A DNA stretch of 64,000 nt from an uncultured bacterium (GCA_964422145.1 CAYQZV010000004.1:53323-117322); one strand, 5' to 3'; counted from the stretch's first letter, positions 1-10,617 are shown. Translations and numbers: made by a program. The notes: generated by a model from the sequence alone, not told the origin.

Positions 1-344
1 TACCGCATTTCGGGAATGTATTGACTTAGCTTTGGAGATTGAAGGATCACAACACTGTCAATATGTTGAATATCAAATTCTGCTTGTCTTAGTTTTTGAA
101 TCGCTTCAGATAAGAAATACGTGCTTTCTTTATCCTTCCACTCAGAATCACTGCTGGGGAAATAAAAACCGATATCCCCTAAATTCGCTGCACCAAGCAT
201 GGCATCCACAATGGCGTGAATCAATGCATCTCCGTCAGAGTGCCCGACCGACCCCAGATCGCTTGGAATGTCCACACCGCCAACGACTAAAGATTCCTCT
301 TCGGCTAATGCGTGAGCATCATACCCCATTCCGACTTTTATCAT
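1..344 (-). CDS. ispF: 2-C-methyl-D-erythritol 2,4-cyclodiphosphate synthase (3' end outside window)
   Basis: Not in ORF track. Manual translation MIKVGMGYDAH...GHSDGDALIHAIVDAMLGAANLGDIGFYFP has the IspF motifs; its ATG overlaps the ispD stop (ATGA). Confidence 0.95.
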   Translation of the reverse strand, partial: MIKVGMGYDAHALAEEESLVVGGVDIPSDLGSVGHSDGDALIHAIVDAMLGAANLGDIGFYFPSSDSEWKDKESTYFLSEAIQKLRQAEFDIQHIDSVVILQSPKLSQYIPEMR

Positions 345-1051
345 ACTCTGTCCTCGTTCTTATTCATGACCGCTTCTGCGATGATCCAGTCTTCCGGCGC
401 GGTGATTTTCATGTTCAATGGAGACCCTTCCACAACCGAAATTTGAAAACCGGATTCCTCCATGATGGCAGATTCGTCCGTGGCTAAAACAGATGTATTC
501 ACCATCGACAGAATCGCTTTTTCAAACGACGTTCTTCTGAAAACCTGCGGTGTTTGTGCAAGCCAAATTGTTTCTCGCGGAATCGTTCGTTTGATCCGGT
601 CACTTTCGACTTGTTTTACGGTGTCTTTTGCCGGGACGGCAAGGATCGCGCCATCCGCATTTCTGCCAGATTCGATGGTGTTGAGAATCTGATCGTGAGT
701 GATAAACGGGCGAACCGCATCGTGGATACACACAAAACGGCAAGCATCGCTTAATGCCTTGACGCCATTGTAAACAGAATCTTGCCGCCGTGCTCCTCCG
801 GGAACAGCTCGAACGGATTTAGCTGTAGTGACCGACCTCAATTCCCTGTCCGCCTGTGCAATCGCATCTTCGGGCATTACCACAACAATTTCAGACACGG
901 CTTCGATGTCCAAAAAAGGGAGCAAGGCATGATAATAGATCGGACGGCCGCTTAAAAGCTTAAATTGTTTTTTCTCCCCGAACCGGACCCCTGATCCGGC
1001 TGCAGGGATAACAACACCAACATCGCTTTTTATGGACTTGTTTTTGATCAT
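341..1051 (-). CDS. ispD: 2-C-methyl-D-erythritol 4-phosphate cytidylyltransferase
   Basis: PAAGSGVRFG..KQF, GGARRQDSV, IHDAVRP, AQTPQVF, NMKITAPED; adjacent to ispF. Confidence 0.96.
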   Translation of the reverse strand: MIKNKSIKSDVGVVIPAAGSGVRFGEKKQFKLLSGRPIYYHALLPFLDIEAVSEIVVVMPEDAIAQADRELRSVTTAKSVRAVPGGARRQDSVYNGVKALSDACRFVCIHDAVRPFITHDQILNTIESGRNADGAILAVPAKDTVKQVESDRIKRTIPRETIWLAQTPQVFRRTSFEKAILSMVNTSVLATDESAIMEESGFQISVVEGSPLNMKITAPEDWIIAEAVMNKNEDRV

Positions 1052-1152
1052 TTATTTTAATGTACTCATCAGGGTTCCGCATCCCCCAAAATATGAAGTC
1101 TGGTTCAGGTCGAAACGCACATCTCGGAGTGTGTCGCTCCTTTGATCCTGAA

Positions 1153-2208
1153 CTAGATCAGCAGCATCGCATCCCCGTAACTGAGGAAACGATATTCATG
1201 TTTTTTCGCTTCTCGATAAGCTTTCATCATAAAATCACGATCAGCGAAAGCTGATACCATCATCATTAACGTACTTTTCGGTTGATGGAAATTGGTGACT
1301 AATCCGTCAACCATCTTGAATTCATAAGGTGGATAGATAAATTTGTCTGTCCATCCACGTTTCGGTGTCACCTGAAACCCGGAGACCACCACCGTTTCGA
1401 TCGCACGTACGGTGGATGTCCCGACCGTCACAACTTTTCGACGTTTTTTCTTGGCGCGGTTGATCGCCATGGCCGTTGCAGGAGACACTTCAAAATATTC
1501 TGAATCCATCTGATGCCGATTTAAATCTTCAACCTGAACCGGACGGAATGTGCCCAGTCCGATGTGGAGGGTAACATACTCAATCGAAACTCCTTTTTTA
1601 CGAAGTTTCTTCAATAACCCTTCGGTAAAATGTAGCCCGGCAGTCGGTGCGGCAACCGCACCTCGCTTATCAGCATAGACGGTTTGGTAACGGGTTTTAT
1701 CCTTGGGTTCAGCTTTCCGTTTGATATACGGCGGCAGCGGTGAATTCCCGACGCGATCAATGATATCATAAAGATCTTTTTCCTTATCATATTCAAACCG
1801 AACAACCCGTCCTCCTGAAATCGTGTTGTCAATCACATCACAATGAACGGATTTTGAAAAGATCAGTTTATTTCCGATTCGTACTTTTCTTGCCGGCTTG
1901 ACCATCACTTCCCATAAGTCATTTCCAAGTTCCCGTAACAGGAAAACTTCAACAATGGCATCGGTTTTATCTTTTTCTGCATAGAGTCTGGCCGGGAATA
2001 CTTTTGTATTGTTTAGTAGGAGCAAATCTCCTTTTCGCATATAGTCAACGATATTAAAGAATTTCCGATGCTCGATGGTTTTTTCTTTTCGGTTCACGAC
2101 CATGAGTTTTGAAAAATCTCTGCGTTGAGCTGGATATTCAGCAATATACTTGTCCGGTAACGGATAATCAAAATCGGCTAGTTTATATTTTTTCTTTTTA
2201 GTAATCAT
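1153..2208 (-). CDS. queA: S-adenosylmethionine:tRNA ribosyltransferase-isomerase
   Basis: [47 protein letters not shown]. Confidence 0.97.
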   Translation of the reverse strand: MITKKKKYKLADFDYPLPDKYIAEYPAQRRDFSKLMVVNRKEKTIEHRKFFNIVDYMRKGDLLLLNNTKVFPARLYAEKDKTDAIVEVFLLRELGNDLWEVMVKPARKVRIGNKLIFSKSVHCDVIDNTISGGRVVRFEYDKEKDLYDIIDRVGNSPLPPYIKRKAEPKDKTRYQTVYADKRGAVAAPTAGLHFTEGLLKKLRKKGVSIEYVTLHIGLGTFRPVQVEDLNRHQMDSEYFEVSPATAMAINRAKKKRRKVVTVGTSTVRAIETVVVSGFQVTPKRGWTDKFIYPPYEFKMVDGLVTNFHQPKSTLMMMVSAFADRDFMMKAYREAKKHEYRFLSYGDAMLLI

Positions 2209-3229
2209 TAAACAGTCCTTGTTGAAGTTGAGTTGGAGTTTTCCCCAATAATGTATAGGCTTTTTCTAGAGCAATTCTTCCCCGGGTCGTCCGCTGGACA
2301 AATCCCTCTTTAATGAGGAAGGGCTCATAAACATCTTCTACGGTGGTTGGATCTTCGCTTACCGCGACGGCCAGTGAACTTACGCCCACCGGACCACCGT
2401 TAAATTTATCAATCAGCACGGATAAGATCTTCCGATCCATGCTGTCCAGACCATTTTTATCAATTCCGAGTGTGTCCATAGAGGCAATTGCCACATCACG
2501 GTTGATCACGCCATTGGCTTTTACATCTGCATAATCTCTTGCACGTCTGAGAATGCGGTTGGCGATTCTGGGTGTTCCGCGGGATCTTCCGGCAATTTCC
2601 ATTGCTCCGTTATCGGTAATCTTTACCTCTAAGATTTCTGCAGATCGAGTTACGATATGAAATAAGTCTTTCGCATCATAATAATCCACTCGAAGCACAA
2701 TTCCAAACCGATCCCGCAACGGTGACGTTAAATTTCCCATCCGGGTTGTAGCGCCAATCAGTGTAAACGGCTCAACGCTTAACTGAACACTGCGCGCACT
2801 TGGACCTTTATCGATCATGATGTCAATACTGTAGTCTTCCATTGCAGAATACAGATATTCTTCGACCACACTGTTCAGGCGATGAATCTCATCAATGAAA
2901 AACACATCTCTGCTTTTTAGGTTGGTCAACATCCCGGCAAGGTCCCCGGCTCGATCAATTACAGGTCCGGAAGAGGGTTTGATATTCACGATCAGTTCTT
3001 TTGCAATGATGTTAGCCAACGTGGTTTTTCCCAGTCCGGGAGGGCCGAATAAAAGAACATGATCCAAAGAATCACCGCGTTGATTTGCAGCTTTGATATA
3101 TAGTTTTAAATTATCCACCAGCTCTTTTTGTCCAATAAAATCATCAAAATGAGATGGTCGCAAAGAGCGTTCGATGACGATATCTTCATCGAACGGAGTT
3201 GGGTCTGTAATATGTATTTCTGTTGTCAT
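2198..3229 (-). CDS. ruvB: Holliday junction branch migration helicase RuvB
   Basis: [46 protein letters not shown]. Confidence 0.98.
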   Translation of the reverse strand: MTTEIHITDPTPFDEDIVIERSLRPSHFDDFIGQKELVDNLKLYIKAANQRGDSLDHVLLFGPPGLGKTTLANIIAKELIVNIKPSSGPVIDRAGDLAGMLTNLKSRDVFFIDEIHRLNSVVEEYLYSAMEDYSIDIMIDKGPSARSVQLSVEPFTLIGATTRMGNLTSPLRDRFGIVLRVDYYDAKDLFHIVTRSAEILEVKITDNGAMEIAGRSRGTPRIANRILRRARDYADVKANGVINRDVAIASMDTLGIDKNGLDSMDRKILSVLIDKFNGGPVGVSSLAVAVSEDPTTVEDVYEPFLIKEGFVQRTTRGRIALEKAYTLLGKTPTQLQQGLFNDY

Positions 3230-3366
3230 TCGTCAAAACAAAAAAAATTGCCGCAAAATCAGGGTTGAAGATAAGAATCCAATCGAGGGGTTTCCAAACA
3301 GTTAATGGTTTTTCTTGTACTTCCATTGCAGATAATCTATATTTCCGCCCTTAATCAGGAGTAAAT

Positions 3367-4152
3367 ATGAAAGAATGGGTTCTTATTTTAGGATGTTCAA
3401 CCGGACACGGCGGAGCAACAGCAAAACGTTTAGCTGAGGATGGCTATGGTATTCTTGGGTTTCATTTTGATCGAAGTGAAGTTCGTAGAAAAGCTCAAGC
3501 ATTTAAAGAAGAATTAGAAGAAATCAACGGCGGACGTGTACATTTTTGGAATGTGAATGCGGCTGCGATCGAAACAATGGATGAGTATATTCCGATCATT
3601 AAAGACATTATTGGAGATTCTACATTAAAGCTGCTACTGCATTCCATCGCCTTCGGTACAACCATGGATCTGCTGGGAGAAAAACACGTATCCCGCAAAC
3701 AAATGGACATGACCGTTCATGTTATGGGAACATCCTTATTATATTGGACTCAAAAACTTCATGATGCCGGAATGCTCGGCGATGGCTCCCGTGTGATGGG
3801 ATTCACCAGTGAAGGAAACTATGTTGCCATGGAGGGTTACGGCCCGGTTTCAGTAGCAAAAGTTGCGATGGAAGCGATCATCCGGCAAATCGGTTGGGAA
3901 CTCGGACGGTTCGGAATCACGGCCAATTCCATTCAGGCGGGTGTAACACCTACGCGTGCGCTGACAAAAATATCCGATCGATGGGAAGACTGGGTTGAGC
4001 GAACTGAATATCGTAATCCGATGAGACGGACAACTACTCCTGAAGATGTTGCGGGAACGGTATCTCTGCTTTTACGCAAGGAAGCTGATTTTATCAACTG
4101 TTCAACGATTTACTGTGACGGCGGCGAACACCGATCCGGGAGAATTTATTAA
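3367..4152 (+). CDS. SDR-family oxidoreductase, enoyl-ACP reductase (FabL/FabI)-like
   Basis: LILGCSTGHG nucleotide-binding motif; YGPVSVAK (YxxxxxxK); NPMRR.TTPEDVA; DGG end; AGGAG ribosome-binding site. Confidence 0.8.
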   Translation: MKEWVLILGCSTGHGGATAKRLAEDGYGILGFHFDRSEVRRKAQAFKEELEEINGGRVHFWNVNAAAIETMDEYIPIIKDIIGDSTLKLLLHSIAFGTTMDLLGEKHVSRKQMDMTVHVMGTSLLYWTQKLHDAGMLGDGSRVMGFTSEGNYVAMEGYGPVSVAKVAMEAIIRQIGWELGRFGITANSIQAGVTPTRALTKISDRWEDWVERTEYRNPMRRTTTPEDVAGTVSLLLRKEADFINCSTIYCDGGEHRSGRIY

Positions 4153-4165
4153 AAGCGTTTTCTCG

Positions 4166-4789
4166 TTATTTTCCGTGGACTAAGAATCCGCCGTAATGAC
4201 CAATCGTTGAGATAATTCCCAACGATGCGATTTGCAACACTACATATAACGAGTAGACCGCTGAGAATCCCGGTTCTGCAAAAATTCTCAATCCAATAGC
4301 AACAGACAGAACAATAAAAAGAGCGAAAGATAATCGTATCTTTTTCGTGATGATTGTATACGTTCTACCTCTATACTTACGCTTCCAGTCTACCAATCCC
4401 GTTAAGAACGTTGCCAATCCGCCGATAAAGGAAATCAGAAGCAGCCAGTAGCCGATCCATTCAAACTCAGCCGCTTTTAACGACCAGGTGTTCTGCTGAT
4501 ACAGATAAAAGAAAAAGGCGATCACGTTTGAAAGGAATGCCAACGGCAGTAATCCAATGGAAAAATGCGTTGCGATTGTATGGAGGCGAAACATCGGTTG
4601 CGGACGTTTAATCTCTACATTATGCACAATCGGGATTTTATGCCCGTTTGATTCCGTCACTTCCAAAACTGCGCCGCAAAGCGGGCACACAACCAATCCA
4701 TTCTCATCTACATCGTGCATATGGAGTTCCAAATGACAGATGGGACACACAAATCGGTTTTTTCTGGCTTTCAGTTTTCGGTTATTCAT
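4166..4789 (-). CDS. Membrane protein with N-terminal CxxC-x16-CxxC metal ribbon and DUF2231-like 4-TM domain
   Basis: CPIC...CPLC; HTIATHF; TGLVDW; GHYGGFLVHG; four hydrophobic segments. Confidence 0.7.
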   Translation of the reverse strand: MNNRKLKARKNRFVCPICHLELHMHDVDENGLVVCPLCGAVLEVTESNGHKIPIVHNVEIKRPQPMFRLHTIATHFSIGLLPLAFLSNVIAFFFYLYQQNTWSLKAAEFEWIGYWLLLISFIGGLATFLTGLVDWKRKYRGRTYTIITKKIRLSFALFIVLSVAIGLRIFAEPGFSAVYSLYVVLQIASLGIISTIGHYGGFLVHGK

Positions 4790-5919
4790 CGCATCCTCAT
4801 TAAACTGGCGACAATGATTGTGCGTTGAATTTCGCTTGTACCTTCATATATTTGGAAGATCTTGGCATCCCGCATCAGTTTTTCCATCGGGACTTCCATT
4901 GAATATCCGTATCCGCCCATAATTTGAACAGCATCCACGGTGGCTTTCATACAATAATCGGCTGCATAAGCTTTTGCCATCGCAGATTCTTTTGTATTTG
5001 GTAGTCCATTGTCATACAACCATGCGGATTTCCATGTGAGTAAACGCGCGGTTTCAACATGCATGGCGATGTCAGCCAGTTTAAAACTAACACCTTGATA
5101 CTTTATGATCTTTTTGTTAAAACATTTCCGGCGTTTTGCGTAAGCCAGTGCATGTTCTAGTGCTGCGCGGGCGACACCCACTGCGGCAGCGGCCACCAAC
5201 GGACGCGAGTAATCAAATGTTTTCATGGCGATCTTAAATCCGTCCCCTTCTTTCCAAAGAACATTTTTGGCCGGGACATGCACATCTTCGAACGCAACAC
5301 GAACCGTATTGGATGCGTGTTGTCCCAAATTCTCTTCCTTCGGGCCGCGAATGACTCCCGGAGAATCTGCATCAACAATAAATCCGGTAGGGCCGTTTTC
5401 TGTCTTGGCTAGAACAAAATACCAGCTGGCAACACCGCCGCCGGTTATCCACCATTTTAATCCGTTAATGACATAGGTGTCATCATTGATCTTTGTAGCG
5501 GTTGTTGAAAGCCGAGAGACATCCGATCCTGCATCCGGCTCGGTGACGGCATAAGATGCAAACATCGGTTTTTCCGCCATCGGTTGAAGGAATCGTCGTT
5601 TTTGATCTTCATTCCCTGCAATAATTACCGGTCCTTGAGCCAGTGAGTTGGCATCTAAAGCGATTCCGATCCCGCTGCAGGCTGCAGCAATTTCTTCTGC
5701 GATAATACAGGTTTCAAGACTTCCTCGCCCGGGACCGCCGAATTCTTTGGGAATATGAGAATTTAAAAATCCTTCTTTCCATGCCTGTTTCGCAATTTCA
5801 TACGGAAATTCTCCCGTGCGGTCATGTTCGGCAGCAGCCGGAGCAACTATATCTTTGGCGAATTTTTTTGCCCGCGATTGTAATTCCAGGTGTTCGGGTG
5901 ATAAACTAAAATCAATCAT
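4786..5919 (-). CDS. Acyl-CoA dehydrogenase (MCAD-like)
   Basis: YAVTEPDAGSD, NGLKWWITGG, QIMGGYGY, RDAKIFQIYEGTSEIQR. Confidence 0.95.
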   Translation of the reverse strand: MIDFSLSPEHLELQSRAKKFAKDIVAPAAAEHDRTGEFPYEIAKQAWKEGFLNSHIPKEFGGPGRGSLETCIIAEEIAAACSGIGIALDANSLAQGPVIIAGNEDQKRRFLQPMAEKPMFASYAVTEPDAGSDVSRLSTTATKINDDTYVINGLKWWITGGGVASWYFVLAKTENGPTGFIVDADSPGVIRGPKEENLGQHASNTVRVAFEDVHVPAKNVLWKEGDGFKIAMKTFDYSRPLVAAAAVGVARAALEHALAYAKRRKCFNKKIIKYQGVSFKLADIAMHVETARLLTWKSAWLYDNGLPNTKESAMAKAYAADYCMKATVDAVQIMGGYGYSMEVPMEKLMRDAKIFQIYEGTSEIQRTIIVASLMRMR

Positions 5920-6415
5920 TGTCTTCTACCTCTTTTAATGTTTGAAGGGTTTGAGAAAGAATGTCAAAATCAGGCTGGTTCTCTTCGTTTTTCGCATAGG
6001 ATAATTTCCCGCCGTACCGACCTTGGGTTGAAATCAAGCCGATTACCATAATCCATGCAACGAGAACAGGTTGAAGAACCCAGATGGATAGGTTGACCGT
6101 TAAAGAATACGGCAATGGTAAAAACAGATTCGGGAGAGTGGTTATCAGACTGGCTATCAACAATGCGGAGAGGAGTAACTTCCGTTTAAAAGACGGAAAC
6201 CAGTTCGCATGCTTTTTCTTGCGCTCCAGAACTCCGGTTCCCAGCGAGATCAACGATGTCACCAATGAAACGATGACTAAATAGATCACTGCGGTCTGAT
6301 AAACCGGATTACCCTTAAACCAAAATAACGCATAGGTTATTGCAGCCAAAGGAATTGTAGCACAGGGGGCATGGACAACCATCGAATGTAAATGGAGTTT
6401 GCTTTTATTCATCAT
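5912..6415 (-). CDS. DUF2231-like 4-TM membrane protein
   Basis: HSMVVHAP motif, TGVLE, four hydrophobic segments; resembles the membrane part of 4166..4789. Confidence 0.6.
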   Translation of the reverse strand: MMNKSKLHLHSMVVHAPCATIPLAAITYALFWFKGNPVYQTAVIYLVIVSLVTSLISLGTGVLERKKKHANWFPSFKRKLLLSALLIASLITTLPNLFLPLPYSLTVNLSIWVLQPVLVAWIMVIGLISTQGRYGGKLSYAKNEENQPDFDILSQTLQTLKEVEDND

Positions 6416-6472
6416 AAAAATTGATCGTGCTGTTTGGGTTATTGAAAGGAAAGATTAAAATGAAATTGAAAC

Positions 6473-6859
6473 TCAAGAGTCCACAGGAAGAGAGTTCAGG
6501 ATGATCCGTTTTTGGATCAGCTCTAAGAGTTCAAAGTGTTCTTGAGTCGGCTGGAGATCAAAACAAAGTTCCGCTTCATCCAGTGCGGCTTTCCACCAGC
6601 CTTTTTTTGTATACACAATGGCCATGTTATAATGAGCACTGCTCAGAATACGAAATTGCTCACGTGTCATGGATTGATGATTTGATGAAGAAAGTCGGAT
6701 CACTTCGCGGAATTCAAGAACGGCTTCGCTCCATAATCCTTTTTGAGCATACCATTTCCCCAGCTCCAGATGCCGTTCGGGATTCTCATTACAGCCGATC
6801 AGAAAAAACAGGATCGGTAAAACGAGAATGAAGTGCTTGATTTTTCTTTTGATTTTCAT
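6473..6859 (-). CDS. TPR-repeat lipoprotein
   Basis: Lipobox LIGC after a basic/hydrophobic signal; TPR-like HLELGKWY...A..EF and AHYNMAIVY..KG. Confidence 0.7.
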   Translation of the reverse strand: MKIKRKIKHFILVLPILFFLIGCNENPERHLELGKWYAQKGLWSEAVLEFREVIRLSSSNHQSMTREQFRILSSAHYNMAIVYTKKGWWKAALDEAELCFDLQPTQEHFELLELIQKRIILNSLPVDS

Positions 6860-6936
6860 TAGAAGCTAGTCGGAAGTTTCATCAAATCACCGTCTACATG
6901 CAAGTAAAAGATTGTATGAAAACGGAGTCATTTGGT

Positions 6937-7371
6937 CTAAACCGCGAGGAGTTTCATCATTTTAAAATGGCTTTCGGTCTCCTCATACGTTTCAAAGCCG
7001 TACCGTTCATACAGTGCTTTTGCAGGATTGGTAATAAAAACTTCTAAATATAACCCATTGAATCCGTTTTTTATGCTGATGCTTTCACAGTGATTTAGAA
7101 TGCGGCTGCCAATCCCCTTCATTTGATAATCAGGTAAAATTTGAATGTTGGCGATATGGGCTTTTTTCGATTGATGAAGAACAAAAAATCCGGCTTTTTT
7201 CCCGTCAAATAAAATGATCCATGTTGAGCTTGGATTAAAATCGCGTTGAAATATTTCTGAGTTCCATCCACCCCAATACTGATCAATATATGAGATCATA
7301 TTCTCGCGATGCAAGTCATGAACGAAGAGGTAATCATCTTCGGTGGAAGGTACGAATTCAATCCGTCGCAT
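6937..7371 (-). CDS. GNAT-family N-acetyltransferase
   Basis: YQMKGIGS (Q/RxxGxG) and NPAKALYERYGF. Confidence 0.85.
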   Translation of the reverse strand: MRRIEFVPSTEDDYLFVHDLHRENMISYIDQYWGGWNSEIFQRDFNPSSTWIILFDGKKAGFFVLHQSKKAHIANIQILPDYQMKGIGSRILNHCESISIKNGFNGLYLEVFITNPAKALYERYGFETYEETESHFKMMKLLAV

Positions 7372-7378
7372 AATTATA

Positions 7379-8644
7379 CTATCCGCTGAACTTGGGGTCG
7401 TGCGGATAGAGTTTTGGATCCTTCACAACAAACAGCAATAAGAGGAGCCCGATCAACATCATTAACGCAATCAAAGAAAAGATCATAACGGTTGAAACGG
7501 TTTCAGCCATAATCCCAACCACCAAAATGGCTATCAGCGTAAACGGAGCTAATGAAGTGTCAATGATCGCCATATAGAGTTTATTATCACCGTTTTCCCC
7601 GGTAAAATCATAAACAAGGTTCATGGCTGAAGGCATAAATGCTCCCTGTGCTATTCCTAAAAATAAGAAAATCCCATACACCCACAGCATGGATTGAGCG
7701 GTAATGGCCGTTATGACAGCGAGAAAATGAGCAGAAAAAGCGATGGCCAACGAAAGTTTATGCCCGAAACGATCACCAATCTTCCCGGATACATAACTGG
7801 CTATTCCATAAGCGACGGCGGTTAGCACAGTGAATATCCCCGCCTCACTGATTTCAAAATTGAACTTATCTTGACTATACACAGCATAAAGGCTCATTGC
7901 CGGATAACTGAAAGTAAAGAATATCCTTGCCAGAAGATATTTTCTAAAATTGACATGGGTTTTAAAAATGGTAATCACTTCATCGAAGAATTGTTTTGCC
8001 GTTCGGTGGGGTTGAACTTCGGTTGGTGTATCCAGTTTATACCAAATAAATGCCAAAGCTCCGATCGTCATTGACGCAGCAAAAATAAGGAAACCCCATC
8101 CAAAGTTATTGGGAAAAGGAATGCTGCTGCTCAGCAATATCTTGACAAGGATACCTCCGACAAATCCGCCGATACTGTTAAAAGCAAAAGAAATCCCGAA
8201 AAACGAACCTCGCGTTTTGTCCGTGGTTGCATGGCGGAGAAAGCCTGTCCAAATCGGGATAATAAGACCGAGTGACAGTCCGTACAAGATGAAGCAAATA
8301 TAGTAGAAAATCCACGCATTCGGTCCCAGTGGGGTCATAAATGCAAAAACAAATCCTGCAATAAAAATAGGAGGAATAGCAAACCCGTGAACGCCGATCG
8401 CAGCCCAGCGAATATTTTTAATGTTCCGTCCCATGAAAGCGGCAAAAAACTGCGGGATGGACATCAGGATGTAGAAAAGCCCGGCGATTGATGCGACGAT
8501 GGCATCCGGTGCCCCGAGTTTATTCATGAAAAGCGGAATGACCGCATAAGCTGTATTAAACGCTAATCCCAATCCCCACGAGAATTCGTGAAGACAATTT
8601 AATGATAGATTATTACGGAGATCCTTAGGTGTCAGCTTGGGCAT
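7379..8644 (-). CDS. MFS transporter
   Basis: About 12 TM segments; motif A-like GKIGDRFGHK. Confidence 0.85.
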   Translation of the reverse strand: MPKLTPKDLRNNLSLNCLHEFSWGLGLAFNTAYAVIPLFMNKLGAPDAIVASIAGLFYILMSIPQFFAAFMGRNIKNIRWAAIGVHGFAIPPIFIAGFVFAFMTPLGPNAWIFYYICFILYGLSLGLIIPIWTGFLRHATTDKTRGSFFGISFAFNSIGGFVGGILVKILLSSSIPFPNNFGWGFLIFAASMTIGALAFIWYKLDTPTEVQPHRTAKQFFDEVITIFKTHVNFRKYLLARIFFTFSYPAMSLYAVYSQDKFNFEISEAGIFTVLTAVAYGIASYVSGKIGDRFGHKLSLAIAFSAHFLAVITAITAQSMLWVYGIFLFLGIAQGAFMPSAMNLVYDFTGENGDNKLYMAIIDTSLAPFTLIAILVVGIMAETVSTVMIFSLIALMMLIGLLLLLFVVKDPKLYPHDPKFSG

Positions 8645-9539
8645 TCAGATCCTTGTTTTCACGCGTGAGCAGAATGATAGCCGTCAGCAGGATTCCGCCG
8701 CCGATCATCTGTGAAACAGAAAATACTCTTCCGCGAATAAACCAATCGATCGCTATCGCAGCTAAAGGCCAAAACAGTTCATAGATCGTTGCATGGGATG
8801 CAGGCAAATGGGTCAGTCCGTAATAGTAGATGAACAAAGCGATTGACCCCGATGACAAAACAATGAATATAATCGCCATCCACTGATTTTTCGTAAGATC
8901 GAGTGTAAATGAATCCGGTTGAGTGGATAAGATCACCGCAAATGCCACCACGGCTGTGATCGTGAGACGCAATGCCGTGACCACCGGAAAAGACAGTTTT
9001 TTCAATGCGTGTTTCCCAAGCACGGTGGAACTTCCCCACGCAAAAGCTGCCAAAAGTGCCAACAGAGAAGCGATCAATGTTTTATCATCCGTTTCTGTGA
9101 TGGGATTGATCCCGAAGGTTACAAGATATCCGCCTGCAAAGGCTACACCCGCTAAGAGAAGAAACCGCTTGGTCAGTTTCTCTTTTAATACAACCGATGC
9201 CAATGAAATGGCAAAGATCGGCTGGAATTTTTGAAGCAGCACCACAACGGATAAATCAATATACTGGATATAGCTGAGGGCTTTCGTGTAGAAAAAGGTG
9301 CCCAAAATCCCGCCGCAAATGGATATCCATAAAACTGATGACCAACTTCGCTGGTTCATGCTGGATATTTCCTTCCAACCGCGGATCAGGAACACTAAAA
9401 ATATGAGTGCTCCAAATGCGTGTTCCAGCGTCACGATCAGAAAAGACGGCAGCGCATACAGCTCTTGTCGGAGAAACCCATCTAAGCTCCAAAGGATGGC
9501 TGCAAAGATGATGGCTAAAGCAGGTAGGTATTTTTTCAT
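8625..9539 (-). CDS. DMT/EamA-family transporter
   Basis: 304 aa, about 10 TMs, two EamA repeats (QPIF...LKEKL). Confidence 0.85.
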   Translation of the reverse strand: MKKYLPALAIIFAAILWSLDGFLRQELYALPSFLIVTLEHAFGALIFLVFLIRGWKEISSMNQRSWSSVLWISICGGILGTFFYTKALSYIQYIDLSVVVLLQKFQPIFAISLASVVLKEKLTKRFLLLAGVAFAGGYLVTFGINPITETDDKTLIASLLALLAAFAWGSSTVLGKHALKKLSFPVVTALRLTITAVVAFAVILSTQPDSFTLDLTKNQWMAIIFIVLSSGSIALFIYYYGLTHLPASHATIYELFWPLAAIAIDWFIRGRVFSVSQMIGGGILLTAIILLTRENKDLNAQADT

Positions 9540-9602
9540 ACCCGAAATTACGGAGAATCTTCTATCAAGGAATGGTTAATTATGGAGTAAAATATAGGTT
9601 GG
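9500..9602. repeat. Direct repeat copy 1 (~103 bp): promoter and first codons of the EamA gene 8625..9539
   Basis: Near-identical to 11273..11376 (about 6 differences including one indel). Confidence 0.95.
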
Positions 9603-9676
9603 CGTTAACGTCAAGTTAACGCGAAACCGGGTAACGAAACCAAGATTAGGTTTTCTCGTACAACGATTTGTTAAAT
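9603..9676 (-). other. attC-like recombination site 1
   Basis: Minus strand ATTTAAC-AAATC-GTTGTAC-GAGAAAACC...GGTTTCGC-GTTAAC-TTGAC-GTT, matching the R''/L''/L'/R' layout. Confidence 0.75.
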
Positions 9677-9705
9677 GGCCATTACTTCTGTAACCTTGAA
9701 GCTTG

Positions 9706-10617
9706 TTATAACGCTTTCTTACTGATCTTACTTTTCTTAATTTGAACGAGAACTGCTCCTATTGCCGCAATTACCATCCCCACACCTTCCTGGAATGAGA
9801 TGCTTTCACCAAGGAAATACCAAGCCAAAACAGCAATTTGAATCAACATTGTTCCATTAATGATACTTGATCCAATTGCTGTAAGCGTACGAAGGGTCAG
9901 ATTCCATAACGTAAATGCAAAGGCGGTATTTACAGCGGCCAACCAAATCAAAAATATCCAAACCTTAAAACTTATTTCAGGTAATCCGCTCGCCAAGATA
10001 CCAATTGTAATTAAGATTATTGCTCCCACACCCATACTGATAAAAGTAACTACCAATGGGCTAATATCTTTATTCCTATTAATATCTCGCCCAATTATTG
10101 CAGAACCAGCGTTTGCTAAAATGCCAACAAACATTATTGCCAGTCCAATGCCTTGATTGCCAACAAATGAAATTGGAAAGAAATAGGTAATAATTCCAAC
10201 AACGAATAAAACTGAACCAAACCATTGAAGCATTGAGGGCTTTTCACTGAGTAAGAATATTCCCATTATGGCAACAATTAAAGGAGTAAAGTTGAGCATT
10301 AAACTTACTGTAACTGAAGGAAGCAGCGATAAACCCAAAAATTGAGTGCCTTGTGTAAGAGTATAAAAAACAAAACCTAAAAGAATCAGCTTTTTCCATT
10401 GAATTATTTTCAAATTTTTAATTTCATTGATATATTTTTTTCTTGCAACGAACGGGACAAAGCAGAAAAAAGCGATTATATAGCGCAGCCCTGCATACGT
10501 TATTGGCGGAATTTCAATTAACCCCCACTTAATGATTATGAAGGAAGTTGACCATAATAATGTTACAAACAACGCCTGTAAAATTGAAAGAATGTGTGCG
10601 GATTTACTTTGTGTCAT
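9706..10617 (-). CDS. DMT/EamA-family transporter (cassette-borne, AT-rich)
   Basis: 303 aa, about 10 TMs, LWSTSF, PLIVAI...LLSEK; stop codon lies within TTATAAC. Confidence 0.88.
   Translation of the reverse strand: MTQSKSAHILSILQALFVTLLWSTSFIIIKWGLIEIPPITYAGLRYIIAFFCFVPFVARKKYINEIKNLKIIQWKKLILLGFVFYTLTQGTQFLGLSLLPSVTVSLMLNFTPLIVAIMGIFLLSEKPSMLQWFGSVLFVVGIITYFFPISFVGNQGIGLAIMFVGILANAGSAIIGRDINRNKDISPLVVTFISMGVGAIILITIGILASGLPEISFKVWIFLIWLAAVNTAFAFTLWNLTLRTLTAIGSSIINGTMLIQIAVLAWYFLGESISFQEGVGMVIAAIGAVLVQIKKSKISKKAL

Noticed and set aside
32-487. 151-aa plus-strand ORF
   Set aside because: Lies antisense to clear ispF and ispD coding sequence.
1099-1157. tRNA or 6S RNA call for the queA-ispD hairpin
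   Set aside because: No cloverleaf, T-loop or CCA end; far too short for 6S RNA.
6860-7378. GNAT 6937..7371 as a further integron cassette
   Set aside because: No attC-like cores or palindrome found on either side.
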